Below the pieces are notes generated by a model that ran no database searches, was not told the origin of the DNA, and saw only the letters and a program-made list of their open reading frames with translations. The position numbers were made by a program, and so were the translations under genes. 64,000 bases of DNA from Mytilus trossulus (lineage: Eukaryota), in assembly GCF_036588685.1 (NCBI RefSeq), contig NC_086386.1, positions 30,256,001 to 30,320,000 on the forward strand, in the 5' to 3' direction. This document shows positions 13,984-64,000 of this stretch, one piece after another. Position 1 is the stretch's first letter; every line of letters starts with the position of its first letter.

Positions 13984-15469
13984 TGTCGTGATGTTGACGA
14001 TCTTGTTCTACGAGATCCTCTACCTCAAATATAATCAGTATTATATTTTTATTGTCTCTGTCTATGATTTCATTTATATCTATATCATGTGGTTCTACGT
14101 CGATTACTTTAACATTGTACAATATATACATAATCATTACATACTTGCTTACATTTTCAGTGCATTGAAAATCAATGCAAACCGTTTAGTGTCTGGTACC
14201 TGATTAGAGGAAACGTATAAACAATGTTACAAAAAGAAACGCAAAAATATTAAACAAGGACAACGAAATTGTTCTCAGTTCAGAGGACATTTGAACATTC
14301 AAAGCAAATATTTGTTCGAAGGGTGATCATAATTGTAATGATTGGTAATAATTGGTTTACTTGTGGTTCTGAACATACTTATCAGCTGAGTCTGAGGCTT
14401 GCGGATATTTTTCTCATTGGCCTTTTGACGTACATGAATCCTGATGAAGTGATACTGATCGGATTCCATTTTCTGTCGAGGATCTAGAGCTATTTTGTTG
14501 TACACAACCACATGTATTGATAATCCAAACTAGAGTGTACCTATTTGTGTTAACACAACCGAACGATAGGTAATTTTTCAAAAGGGAAAATACCTCCACA
14601 CTTAATTGACGCATGTGGAAAGGAATATTTACAAAATAAGATAAATGAGGATTGTTTAACCACATTTATCTAATACAACTTTCAAAAAAGCCTTATATCA
14701 ATTGTTATGGTAAATAAGCCTGACCAAATTTTTTTTATGGGTATAACTAGCATATAAATTGTTGATCTCCTTTCAAATTGATGAATTCTTAGTCAATATA
14801 TAACATTTCTATTTAAGTTTTATGAAAAATTCAATCTGAAATGACAGTTTTGATTTGTAACCAATGATACGTTTCCTAAACAATATAAAATATAACCCAC
14901 TTCTTCGTTATAGGAACTCTGTTAAAAAATATCGAAATGCAAAAAAAAACCAAAAACATAAAATGAATGAAGCTACAATTTTAAGTTACTGTTTTGCCAC
15001 GCTTGTTTGTCTTGAGCATACACTCTTACGAACATTTTTAACGTCAAATACAGTGGACTTTGCCCCCACAAAAAGATTTAACCCTTTAAAATCTATTGGT
15101 GCAAGTCAGGTAACTGAAATTGAAGGTTTTAGCAGGTAGCTGTCTTTCTGTCTTTTTTACATTTAAATCAGGCTGATCACTGTAATTTTTCTATTTTGAC
15201 ATGTTTTAATATGTATACCCTATATAGCTAAATATACCTTGAAGGTTCTGCCTATTGTATATAAAAGGTTCTACGACTTTAACATCTTTTCCATTGTTCC
15301 TAATGCTCAGATGGCATTGCCAATCACATCACATCGTCTGTTTTCATATTTCATGCAATTATAATTGACACCTTACGCCCAGAAAACACATTATCTGAAT
15401 GTTAACTAGTAATGAATTTAATGTTAAAAGAAATTTTTGCTGTAGTCAATATTAATCTTTTCCGGATAT

Positions 15470-17017
15470 TTGAGATATTTGCATGCATATATTGGTGATT
15501 TTGAATCTGTTCAAAGTTTTGATTTTTCTACCCTATATACCACTTAACCTCATATTCTTATTAAGAAAAAAATCACATCCCTAATTAACTGGGCATTTAA
15601 AAATGCGAGTACATATGTTCAAACTCTTTTAGATCATTTTTTAGTAGCAATAAACAAAAGACCTATGTCAATTGGACATGCTTTGATACTATTTATGCGC
15701 TTGAATTTTTACTAGATAACATTTTTGTTCGCTTTGGAGATTCCGTATATCGTCAAGTTATTGGAATTCAATGGGGACTAACTGTGCACCACTTATTGCG
15801 GACCTGTTTTTGTATTGTAATGAGTTACAATTTATGACTAAAATTAGCAGAGACCCATCAAAACAACATTTGATACAAAAATTTAACAATACTTTTAGAT
15901 ATTTGGATGATATATTGGCTCTCAATAATAACGACTTCAGTATGTATACTAAAGAAATTTATCCTGTAGAACTTACTTTAAATAAAGCTAATGATAACAA
16001 TGACCACTGCCCTTTCCTCGATCTTGATATCTATATCATAAACGGGAAGCTTAATACAAAAATTTATGATAAAAGAGATGATTTTTCATTTCCTATTGTT
16101 AATTATCCATTTTTAGATGGTGACGTTCCCTTGTCACCATCTTATGGTGTTTATATATCTCAACTTGTACGATTCGCTCGTGTATGTAACAACGTATTAG
16201 ATTTTAGCGAGAGAAATTTATGTATTACTGAAAAATTATTACACCAGGGTTTTCGATATCACAAACTGGTCAAAACATTTACTAAATTTTATCACCGGTA
16301 TAAGGAAATAATTCGTAAATATAACTCAACATGCAGACATCTTTTACGTTCAGGTATTTCACATCCAAAATTTTATGAAAATATTCTTTATAAAGCACAA
16401 AAATGTCAGTTTTCTCCTCAGAAACTAACAAAACCTTTAAATAGACTTATTAAAAGGGGATATAGTTACGATACTGTTGTTAGGTCATTAAAGATTGCAT
16501 ATTTTGGCTTTAACATTGATTCACTGATAGGGTCTTTGCATCGGAACTAAACACATTTATTTAAAAAAAAAAACAGTTGTTGGCATGACACGGGTTATGT
16601 TCTTCTCATATATTTTATGATAGTATGATACTAAACCCCTAACGGGAGGGATTGTACCTGATATTCATATGATGAAGACATAATCTTTCAATCAGTTTAA
16701 TTGAGGTCTGGAGCTGGCATGTCAGTTAACTGCTAGTAGTCTGTTGTTATTTATGTATTATTGTCATTTTATTTATTTTCTTTTGGTACATCTTTTGACA
16801 TCGGACTCGGACTTCTTTTGAACTGTATTTTAATGTGCGTATTGTTATTCTTTTACTTTTCTAAATTGGCTAGAGGTATAGAGGGAGGGTTGAGATCTCA
16901 TAAACATGTTTAACCCCGCCGCAATTTTGCTCCTGTCCCAAGTCAGGAGCCTCTTGCCTTTGTTAGTCTTGTATGATTTTAAATTTTAGTTTCTTGTGTA
17001 GAATTCGGAGTTTAGTA
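15470..17017 (+). mobile_element. Penelope-like retroelement, 5'-truncated (family 2); RT ORF remnant 15771-16550 plus 3' tail
   Basis: FDFSTLYT (followed by a stop), MGTNCAPLIADLFLY, FRYLDD, PFLDL, YDKRDDF, YGVYISQLVRFAR. The ORF ends without GIY-YIG. Confidence 0.85.
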
Positions 17018-19957
17018 AGCAATATAGAGTTTGAAATATTGTCTAATACACTTGTCTCGTATAACTACTTCTTGGTGTCTTTTGATATTTGAGAGCTTTG
17101 AAATGATGCCTCGAAGATTTATAAATCATACATTTACACATATAATAGTTTGTATTTCAATAACTCAAGGAGATAATTAATAAAAAGTTAAACATTTTCA
17201 AATTTGACACTATGTTTTTTTTTAAACCTGTTTAAGCCATAAAAGAGGGTCGACAGATACATGTACCAGAGGGACAGTCAAACTCATTAATCGAAAATGA
17301 AATGACAACGCCATGGATAAATGAAAAGGACAAAAAGACAAACAATAGTACATAGGACACGACATAGAAAACACAATATTCTCAACAATGTCAACATTTG
17401 TTTTGTATAAGATGGCTTATATGGTCTAACCTAAAATCTTCACGGAACCAACAATATTCTGCACAACGTCCGTATGAATGTACAAATATATGGCAAAGTT
17501 TTCTAGCCATGTTAATTTTATTAACAGTTCATTTCATAGAATGGCATTTTAAGAATTCACTTGATTTGAATGAAAAACATAAACAAATTAATAGTTCTAC
17601 GGTTCTTCTACAATTTTCGTGCAAATGCCGAAGTGTGTACAAAAAAAATTTCAAATGAGTAAAAACTAACTGAAACCTTTGAAAGAGAAAGGCAGAAAAT
17701 TTAAAAAAAAAAAAAAAAAAAAGTCATTCAAACTCATTTCTCCAGAATTTTCGGACAGCGCAATTAATAAAAAAGAAAGAAAATCACCAGACAAACAACA
17801 GTTCACAGAATTGCATGTAACATAGAAAAAAAGACTAAGAAATACAAACCCCATCAAAAACTTGAACTCATCAGATTTTTAATCATGAAAAGACCAGTTA
17901 TGGCGATCGTTAGTATTCATAAACTATCCTACGTGCAATTCACAAACAATAGTCTGTCCCGATGCGGGTACCGGTACCAAATCTGATGAATATGCAAACA
18001 AAACTATTAACAATAATCAAAAGGAAAAATTAAAGAAAGGCTAGTCCGTAAAACTTGACAATACCATGTATACTTGATTATATATATCAACCATTGGACC
18101 GAATAAAACACAACAGTCATAGTCCAGATTTAGTACAAATATTTTACGAATAAATGGGTCATAGCCATGGTATCATAGCTTTCTAAACATCGCACTTGTA
18201 AAAACTTGTAAAAGTGTAACAATTGATATGTTTAAAATTGAGGGCATTACAAAACAAAGTAAATAAAAAGAAAGTATGTCCAATCTTTTTAACTGAACCT
18301 GGAACTACGCGAGAAAAATGTTAGAAAACGAAAAACCTTTATGACAAACTTCAACATAGAAAGGACTATCGGTGATTTTACTAAAAATCTCCCATAAACT
18401 GTGGTCAATAGGTTTTAACAATTCTTATTCGATGAATAATGGATTTCTTATCACGTGTATTTTCATAAATTAATAACTTTCATTTGGATCGTAAAAGGTA
18501 TGGTATATAGGATAAAAATAAAAAACAAAAAACAACAAAAAAAAAAAAAGAAAACCAAACAGTCTTTCTAAGGTAATGCCGTACTTGTTTTAAAAGTGAT
18601 GTCGGAATGGAAACATTTAAATTCAATGTTATTATCTTTGAGTCACCAGTCTGTTAAATATAACAATTTTCTTCTTCAACTTTCAAGAATATGAATCTCA
18701 ATATTTTGGTACTCAATGTGAAAATCAATTTGAAGTTAGGCATAAAAAAATGAAGTCGGAATGGGCGTGACTGCTATCTACTATACGTTAGATGGTCCAA
18801 CAATGTAATCACCAATATTAGCAGTCTGACGAAAGGTGAAGAGGAGGGACTAAATCGTAACCATTGGTCAACGAAGATGGACAAAATGAGAAGCAATTCA
18901 AAAAAGGAAACCAACGACTTAATTTTCTTTTACAATAATGAACTACTATCAAATGAAGCAAAGAAACGATTAAAGATCGACAACTACTGGTGAATTGGGT
19001 TTGGGTTCCTGGTTCGTTTTGAATTAATTGTCATAATAATGCCAGGTATTCATCGAACATAAATGTAAGCATCCGCTAATCTTCTGACTCTTTTTTTTAA
19101 CTTTCTCTGGTTTACATTGATAGTTTAGATTCGAGTGAGGAATCATTCTCCAATGGACTATGAATGTATGCATTGTCGTTGATTTCTATCAGATAATTTG
19201 TCATTTCGTTTCATTTGTATTAATTTTGCTGTCTCCTTTGCATGAAACTGATAATTATATGTGTTTATTCATAAAATGATTATATTCCCTCTCACTATGT
19301 AATCGACAAAGATGTTTAAAGTATTGTGGTACTTTAACTAATCGATCAAAGTCCTTGTTTTGAAACGTATTAAGAAAAGTGCTTTGAGTTAATTTACCGA
19401 TATTTTCCCAGTATGCAGTTAGAACTTCGGCCACCCCACAGCGCAAGTACTAAGTGCAAACGGTAATGACATGTAAAGATACGGGCACTGTTAACTAAGG
19501 TAAAGATTTATAACTGATTCTTAAACATGTTAAAAACACAAAAAAATAACTAATCATTGAAAACTGTTTCTAAAAGGTTGGTAAAACAAACAAGATAATT
19601 AAAACAACATCATGGCACTATCAATTCACTTGTTTGTCACTTGGCTCAAGTACTCTTTGTTGGTGTTATTTTAATGTTACGATCCAAAAAACTTTGACAA
19701 CAAACTCGAATGAAAATGAGCTTTCGATCAACATTACAGAATGAAAATTTAATTTATATGTCGATAAAACATTATTGATTTGCAATGATTTTAAAAAAAA
19801 AAAGACTTGCATAAAAAAATTAGTACTGTGTATTAACATGCATTAGTTTACTGTTCTAAATATCATTTAGATTACATGAAACTCCTTTCATATGAATTAA
19901 AAGGATAATCTGAGCATATTTAGTATTTTAAAATATATTCTGAAAAACTTTCAATAC

Positions 19958-20336
19958 AAATAGTTATCAAAAGTACCAGGATTATAATTTTATACTCCAG
20001 ACGCGCGTTTCGTCTACATAAGACTCATCAATGACGCTTAGATCAAAATAATTATAAAGCCAAAAAAAATACAAAGTTGAAGAGCATTTAGGGTCCAAAA
20101 TTCCATAAAGTTGTGCCATATATGGCTACGGTAATCTACTCCTGGGGAAAGAAAATCCTTAGTTTTTCGAAAAATTCAAAGTTTTTTTAAACAGAAAATT
20201 TATAAAAAATGACCATATAATTGATATTCATGTCAACACCAAAGTGCTGACTACTTGGCTGGTGATACCCTCGGGGACGAAACGTCCACCAGCAGTGGCA
20301 TCGACCCAGTGGTGTAAATAGTTATCAAAAGTACCA
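19958..20336 (-). mobile_element. Retrozyme-like unit (358-nt monomer plus 21-nt terminal redundancy) carrying a hammerhead motif
   Basis: AAATAGTTATCAAAAGTACCA occurs at 19958-19978 and 20316-20336; hammerhead motif at 19995-20036; no ORF. Confidence 0.75.
19995..20036 (-). ncRNA. Minimal type I hammerhead ribozyme, core variant (UUGAUGA)
   Basis: CGUCA-UUGAUGA-GUC-UUAUGUA-GAC-GAAAC-GCGC-GUC-UGGAG; C3 is changed to U. Confidence 0.6.
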
Positions 20337-22460
20337 ATATTTTAATAGGATAAGAGGTACTGATTAACTTTATATGTAAATATTAAGATTTTGTATAATT
20401 GTGCACATTTATAGTATATGTGTTGAAAAGAATAAAGTGACATGGACAATAATGTTAAACAATTCTTTATGTGGGCGTACAAACGAATTTTTAAAAAGGC
20501 AATACTATTTCAATTTTATTGAAAGACGTAAACAGTACAATTAACTCCTATAACAATGTTTTCTCATGCACTTGAAATTTCATGAACTGGTTGTGACATC
20601 ATTTAACAAAATTACACATAATACAATAGTTTCGTTTCATTATATAAATACATATTATAATAGGTGCAAACAAGGTTATGTTATATAATAGAATAATACC
20701 TGGGTGAATAACATTTTTGTATGCAGAATATTTAACAAATATGTATAAAATGACTACATGATAATGTGAAACTAATATATGAATAAATTAATAAGGGTGA
20801 AATATTTACACTAACAATAAATGTCCAGATATTTTGAAGCTGAAGCTATCAATTTTTCTAATTCTGTTGGTAAACAAATACATTTTTACCAGTTTGATGA
20901 CAACACGTTGATTAAATTTGTCTCGTATATAAACATTGCACTCAGCATTTTTTTTTTATTATTTTATTAAGTCATTATAGAAACAGATTCAACCTCATTA
21001 CAATGTTGACTACAATTTTGCAACGATCTCGAGCTCGTTCGGTACTGCTTATTCATTGGACCTGTCACGAGTGGATTCATTTTGAATTAAAAGGGGATGT
21101 TTAGTATCTTTAAAATCGGATATTACAATTAAGTATGTTTTACATTATAACATCACACAAACAACAATCAAGTTATATTGTTGTATATTTCCGATTTGTT
21201 TTTAATAAGATGAACCGATACCAATGGAATAATCTTGTTGTGTTTCTCTTCTGCAGAAGAGTTAAAGAAGGTGACACTGTCATTTATTTATTTTTTTCAA
21301 ATCTTTAATTGCTTTAAAACTACTTTCATTACAAGTGTCTAAGCTAAACAAAAATAACAACAGTTAGATATGTGTCAATTAAAAGTACATCAATTTTCTT
21401 ATATATAATGAATACACAGTCACACAAATGATACAAATGTCAGTTTATTGTTTTCCGTTTCTACTTTGCTTTCAAACAAACATATCATTTGTTTCACGTC
21501 GAAATGTCCATTTATGGAATGGAAACGTATCAATTCTTAAAGTTAAGCTAACTTATTTTTCGCAATTCAGATTGTTTAAGGTACACAAAGAAAGACTGTC
21601 ATATGTACAATAATTTTAAATGATCTTAGGCTTTCTTATATCTCATATATATTTGGACAGCGATTGCACTTTTTGTTATTATATCTTTAAGTTAGCACAA
21701 TTACGTAATCTGTGTACAATACTAACATTCAAATTCAGTGATTATACATGTTAAAGAATTAATTGCATTCATATTTTAAGGTTCAATTACGCAATAATCG
21801 TTTTAAGCAGCAACAAAACAAAACACAAATGTGCAAAATAGAGTAATAAATTGAATATATATTCGGTTGCTTTAATACGACAAATGAAGAGTCTACAATA
21901 TTATCTAGTTTTTGTTTGTTATACATTATTGTTTATATTAGATTACTAGTCTATAAGTATACACATACTACTATATAGTGGAAATGCCAATGCAAATGGT
22001 GAAATGGTGAAATCGTAAGGAATGAATGTTTATTGCAAAAGGATTTGTTGATTTTAACCTATAAATCTGTGTGGGGATATTTAATATAGAATTATAATTT
22101 AAAATGTTCAACATTGAACATGTTCAATTTTATATAATAAATTGCCACAATCAAAATATTATTATGACATTATGATATCGTAAATAACTTTTTAATCACA
22201 TATTGACTGTCCCTTTGGTATCTTTGGTCCCTCTTTAACTACGTCGTAAATAAAATTGTAATCAAATATAATTATAGATACCAAATGTTAGCAATGTAAT
22301 TGTTGATGAGGATACACAATAAGCATAATTTTAAATGTGTTGAGATAGAACATGCACAAGTGTTCTCTTTCATGTGTTGTATATCTTTTACTCGGATATC
22401 ATAAATATATATAAATAGAACTCAATCTCACAATCGTCAGTTTGATTCTGCAGCTTGGTG

Positions 22461-59050
<36,590 letters not shown>

Positions 59051-59141
59051 CTTCACTTGTTGTATCATTGTGTACTTTTTACTAAAAATCTCCATTAGGC
59101 AAAAGATGCTTCATTTTTCCTCTATAACGCAGTAATTTGTA

Positions 59142-59384
59142 TGCGCATGTCAGCTTCGGCTATCTATAACTGAGGGCTCTTCAAGATGGAGTTTAAATTG
59201 ATGTCAATACCACCCTTGCTTCTTTATTGATGGTGTAAGCTCGTTGTATGCAATCTAATTACTTTCTCTAGGGATGATGACAGCACACTTATAGATTTAA
59301 AACATTAACTAAAAGATGCTGTGTGAAGCTCTAAGCCTCTTTGTCGTGGATGCAAAGGGTAAATGTGTGTAATTGGTTAATGTC
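59142..59384 (-). promoter_or_regulatory. Putative promoter/5' UTR blocks of gene A conserved with gene B
   Basis: TGCGCATGTCAGC, a 26-nt identical block, GCACRCTTATAGATT and TGGTTAATGTC occur in the same order as at 13761-13983. Confidence 0.65.
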
Positions 59385-60519
59385 AATTTTATTTATCATG
59401 TTTATTGGTCGATTTGTCCGGTTCGTACCATGTTATTTTCACTAATTTCATTTATCTGAATTATTGGATTGTAAATCTATTACGGAGACACTGTAAAAAG
59501 CAGACCCAATCTGGGTGAAATAAATGACATTTTGATTGTATTGAACAAGAAATTTGAAACCGTGATTTAAGTGTTTAATGATGGGTTTCTATAAGAGCTT
59601 TGCAAAAGTGTTGAAAAAGCTAAGCATGAAGCAAAAAACAATATGATCTTTAAACAAGTTAATGAAGAGTATTCTAAAGAAAAGCAACAATAGTGTTTTC
59701 GTGGTGCGTAGAACTGGTTTCCTTTTCAATATGGGTAGTGCTATGCTGATTTGGTTCCTCGTTTTTTCGGTACTTAGCAGAACTTCGGACGGCATAGATA
59801 TATATGGGGGTGAGTATTTTAATATTTAAATTTTTTGTCTATCAAAAGCTGATAAAAAATGTATTCCATGGTAAACAAAACAATATTCTTTTGTATTGAA
59901 CTCAGACTATTTAACGTTTAAACGAGATGACTCCCTTCTTAAGCCACGGATTTGTTAGAGTTTAAGTAGATTAAGGGGGGAAGGAGGGGTGACGATTAAT
60001 CATCACGAGCCTACATGGCATAGGATGAATGTGGATACAGAATAACTAGCTCCAATCACCAAGTCTAGATCGGGTTTGCATTGCTTCATCTTTATGTAAG
60101 GTTCAACAATGTTGGTTTGTACACCATTAGTTGTGTGTGCATTTTTCTCTGCTGCCCATGGTGTTGTTTGGTCGTGTTTGATTCAATATTGATTGTTTCT
60201 TTTGCGTACCATGTAATATGTTATGTAGAAAAATAAGTATTGTAATAAGTCATAAGTGTAAGAAAATGTACATACATGTACCTAAAATGGTCACAACTAA
60301 GTAGTGACTTTTCATGATTTCAAATTATATTACTAATAAAAAAACGTTTCTGATAGTATACTGTTTATGCTTATATGTTGACTTAATTGGGCATATAGAT
60401 AATAACACACAGAAAAGAAATACACAAATGATGATGTTCCAATGAACAATAACAAAAAAATATAAAATCTGCACAATTGCATAAAATAATGCAGACTTCG
60501 ATTCTGTAACTTTCAGATT

Positions 60520-63500
60520 GAGTTTCTCAATGATGACTTATAGATCGAGTTGTACATTGATAATCTAAAGATAATGTTGTACAATCGTGACTCACGGATT
60601 GAATTGTTCAATGATGACTTACGGTTTACTAAGTCATCTATGTACAAATTGATCATAAGTCATCATTGTAAACTCAATTTGTAAGTCATCATTTTACAAC
60701 TCAATAATGTAAGTTGTCATTGCACAACTCTACATGTAAGTCATCATTGTACAACTCTATCTGTATGTCATCATTGTACAACTAGATATGTAAGTTATCA
60801 TTAAAAACTCAATGTGTAAGTCATTATATATTGTACAACTAGATCTATAGGTCATCATTGTTCAACTCTATCTGTAAGTAATCAATGTTTAACTAGATCT
60901 GTAAGTCATCATTGTACAACTAGATATGTAAGTCATCAAAGTACAACTCTATCTGTAAGTCATCATTAAATGTGTACATCTCTATCTGAAAGTCACCAAG
61001 GTACAACTCGATCGGTGGGCTTAAGTCATCATTGTACAACTAGATCTGTGTAAGTCATCATTGTACAACTCGATCTGTAAGACACCATTGTACAACTCGA
61101 TGGGTGAGTTTACGTCATCATTGAACAAATTGATCTGTAAGTCGTCATTGTAAACTCAATTTGTAAGTCATCTTTTTACAACTCAATATGTGAGTTATCA
61201 TCGAAAAACTCTATCTGTTAGTCATCATTATGCCACATTATCTGTAAGTCATCATTGTACAACTCGATATTGAAGATATCATTGTACAACTCGATCGGTG
61301 AGCTAAAGTTATTATTGTACAACTAGATCTGTAAGTCATCATTGTACAAGTCTATCTGTAAGTCATCATTATAAAACTCTATCTGTAAGTCATCATTGTA
61401 CAACTCGATCGGTGAGCTTACGTTATTATTGTACAACCTGATCTGTAATACACCATTGTACAACTCGAGATGTTAGCTTAAGTCATCATTGAACAAATTG
61501 ATCTGTAAGTCAACAGTATACAACTCTATCTGTAAGTCATCCTTGTACAACTCGATCAGTGACCTTAAGTTATCATTGTACAACTCGATCTGAAAGACAC
61601 CATTGTACAACAGGATGAGTGAGCTTAACTCATCATTGTGAAACTCTATCTGTAAGTCATCATTGTGAAAGTAGTTATGTAAGTCATCATTGTACAACTC
61701 AATATGTAAGTCATCATTGTACAACTCTATCTGTAAGTCATCATTGTACAACTCTATCTGTAAGTCATCATTGTAAAATTAGTTCTGTAAGTCATCACTG
61801 TACAACTAAATCTGTAAGTCATAATTGTACAACTCAATCTGTTAGTCATCATTGTACAACTCTATCTGTAAGTCATCCTTGTACAACTTGATCAGTGACC
61901 TTAAGTTATCATTGTACAACTAGATCTGCAAGTCATCATTGTACAACTCAATCTGTAAGTCATCATTGTACAACTCAATCTGTAAGTAATCATTGTACAA
62001 CTCTATCTGTAAGTCATCATTGTACAACTCTATCTGAATTTAATCATTGTAAAATTAGTTCTGTAAGTCATCATTGTACAACTCTATCTGTGAATCATCA
62101 TTGTAAAATTAGTTTTGTAAGTTATCATTGTACATGTACAACCCTATCTGTAAGTCATCATTGTACAACTCAATCTGTAAGTCATCATTGTACAACTCTA
62201 TCTGTAAGTCATCATTGTACAACTCTATCCGTAAGTCATCATTGTAAAACTAGTTCTTTAAGTCATCATTGAACAACTCGATTTGTTAATTATCACTGTA
62301 CAACTTGATCTGTAAGTTATCAAATTACAACTCGATTTTTAAGTCATCACTGTACAACTCGAATTGTAAGTCATCATTGTACAACTCGATCTGTAAGTCA
62401 ACATTTAACAACTCGATATGTAAGTTATCATTGTACAAGTCTATATGTAAGACATCATTATAAGACTCTTTCTGTAAGTCATCATTGTACAACTCGATCT
62501 GTGAGCTTAAGTCATCATTATACAACTAGAACTTGAAGTCATCATTGTACAACCTGATCTGTAATACACCATTGTACAACTCGAATGAGTGAGCTTAACT
62601 CATCATTGTAAAACCCTATCTGTAAGTCATCATTGTGAAAGTAGTAATGTAAGTCATCATTGTAAAATTAGTTCTGTAAGTCATCAATGTACAAATCAAT
62701 CTGTAAGTCATCATTGTACAACTCTATCTGTAAGTCATCTTGTACAACTCTATCTGTAAGTCATCATTGTAAAACTAGTTCTTTTAGTCATCATTGAACA
62801 ACTCGATTTGTTAATTATAACAGTACAACTTGATCTGTAAGTTATCAAATAACAACTCAATTTATTAGTCATCACTGTACAACTCGAATTGTAAGTCATC
62901 AGCGACAACTCGATCTGTAAGTCAACACTGTACAACTCTATCTGTACGTCATCATTGTGAAAATAAGTTATGTTAGTCATCATTGTAAAATTAGTTCTGT
63001 AAGTCATCATTGTACAACTCAATCTGTAAGTCATCATTGTACAACTCTATCTGTAAGTCATTATTGTGAAAGTAGTTATGTAAGTCATCATTGTAAAACT
63101 AGTTCTTATAGTCATCATTGAACATCTCGTTTTGTTAATTATCACTGTACAACTTGATCTGTAAGTTATCAAATTACAACTCGATTTATTAGTCATCACT
63201 GTACAACTCGAATTGTAAGTCATTATTGTACAACTCGATCTGTAAGTCAACATTTAACAACTCGATCTGTAAGTAACCATTGTACAACTCAATCTGTACA
63301 TCATTGTGCAACTCGCTTTATTATCCACAACTGTACAACTCGATCTTTAAGTCATTATTGTTAAACTAGATTTGTAAGTCATTTTTTGAACGACTCGACC
63401 TGTCAGTTATCATTGTACAACTCGATTTGTTTATCATTACTGTACAACTAAATCTGTAAGTCATCATTGTACAACTGTATCTGCAAGTTATCATCGTACA

Positions 63501-64000
63501 AATTTCTTTATTATTCATCACTGTACAACTCGATCTGTAAGTCATTATTTTTAAACTAGATGGTAAGTCATCTTTGAACGACTCGACCTGTAAGTATCAT
63601 TGTACAACACAATTTGTTAGTCATTACTGTACAACTCGATCTGTAAGTCGTCGTTGTAAAACTATAGATGTAAGTTCTCATTGTACAACTCGATCTGCAA
63701 GTTATTATTGTGAAACTATATCTGTAAGTCATCAATGTACAACTTGATCAGTAAGTTATCATTGTACAAATCGTCCACTTAGTTATCATTGTAAAACTTA
63801 ATTTGTTAGTTATCATTGTACAACTCGATTTGTTAGTCATCACTGTACGACTAAATCTGTAAGTCATCATTGTACAACTTTATCTGCAAGTTATCATCGT
63901 ACAAATTTCTTTATTATTCATCACTGTACAACTCGATCTGTAAGTCATTATTGTTAAACTAGATTTGTAAGTCATCTTTGAACGACTCGACCTGTAAGTA
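60520..64000. repeat. 24-bp satellite (consensus CTGTAAGTCATCATTGTACAACTCDAT-like), running off the right edge
   Basis: Well over 100 diverged monomers; the first ~100 bp are in the opposite orientation. Confidence 0.95.

Noticed and set aside
15771-16550. 259-aa RT ORF as an intact or domesticated gene
   Set aside because: Starts mid-RT; upstream RT motifs contain a stop and frameshift, so it is a truncated TE copy.
16668-16715. SECIS-like ATGA...GA hairpin in the Penelope-like 3' tail
   Set aside because: Quartet register and helix II do not fit cleanly by eye; would need SECISearch on the family consensus.
61473-63253. Repetitive ORFs (LYNDDLQIE / SVSHHCTT) on both strands
   Set aside because: Artefact of a 24-bp (multiple of 3) satellite; frames break often and no splice or start context is evident.
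60520-64000. CRISPR-like regular repeats
   Set aside because: No unique spacers, no cas genes, eukaryotic context.

Overview
AT-rich eukaryotic genomic DNA with spliceosomal introns. The repeat families point to a bivalve mollusc, probably Mytilus (inference). The minus strand carries two tandem paralogous AMPA-type ionotropic glutamate receptor genes. Gene A is complete: I reconstructed 17 GT-AG coding exons from 59050 to 22461 (2685 nt, 894 aa, phases consistent), covering signal peptide, ATD, S1, M1-M3 with [10 protein letters not shown]2, M4 and a PDZ-type C-terminus -TQV. Gene B is represented by its first four exons (13680 to 258) and runs off the left edge. Introns and the intergenic region hold three Penelope-like RT families with no C-terminal GIY-YIG plus many copies of their 3' tails, an RNase H-bearing LINE interrupted by a TTAA/Kolobok-like element, Helitrons, HINE-like elements, MITE-like foldbacks and a tRNA-derived SINE. 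A 24-bp satellite fills the right end. The strongest hunt signals are: (i) a 358-nt retrozyme-like unit with terminal redundancy and a minimal type I hammerhead ribozyme, plus two truncated copies in the sense orientation inside receptor introns, one with an intact catalytic core; (ii) non-coding blocks conserved between the paralogs, upstream of the ATG and in intron 2; (iii) a CAG|GTAAG site that could switch the PDZ tail; (iv) a shared CCAAGTCAGGA motif across retroelement tails. All coordinates were derived by hand from the sequence; no searches were run.
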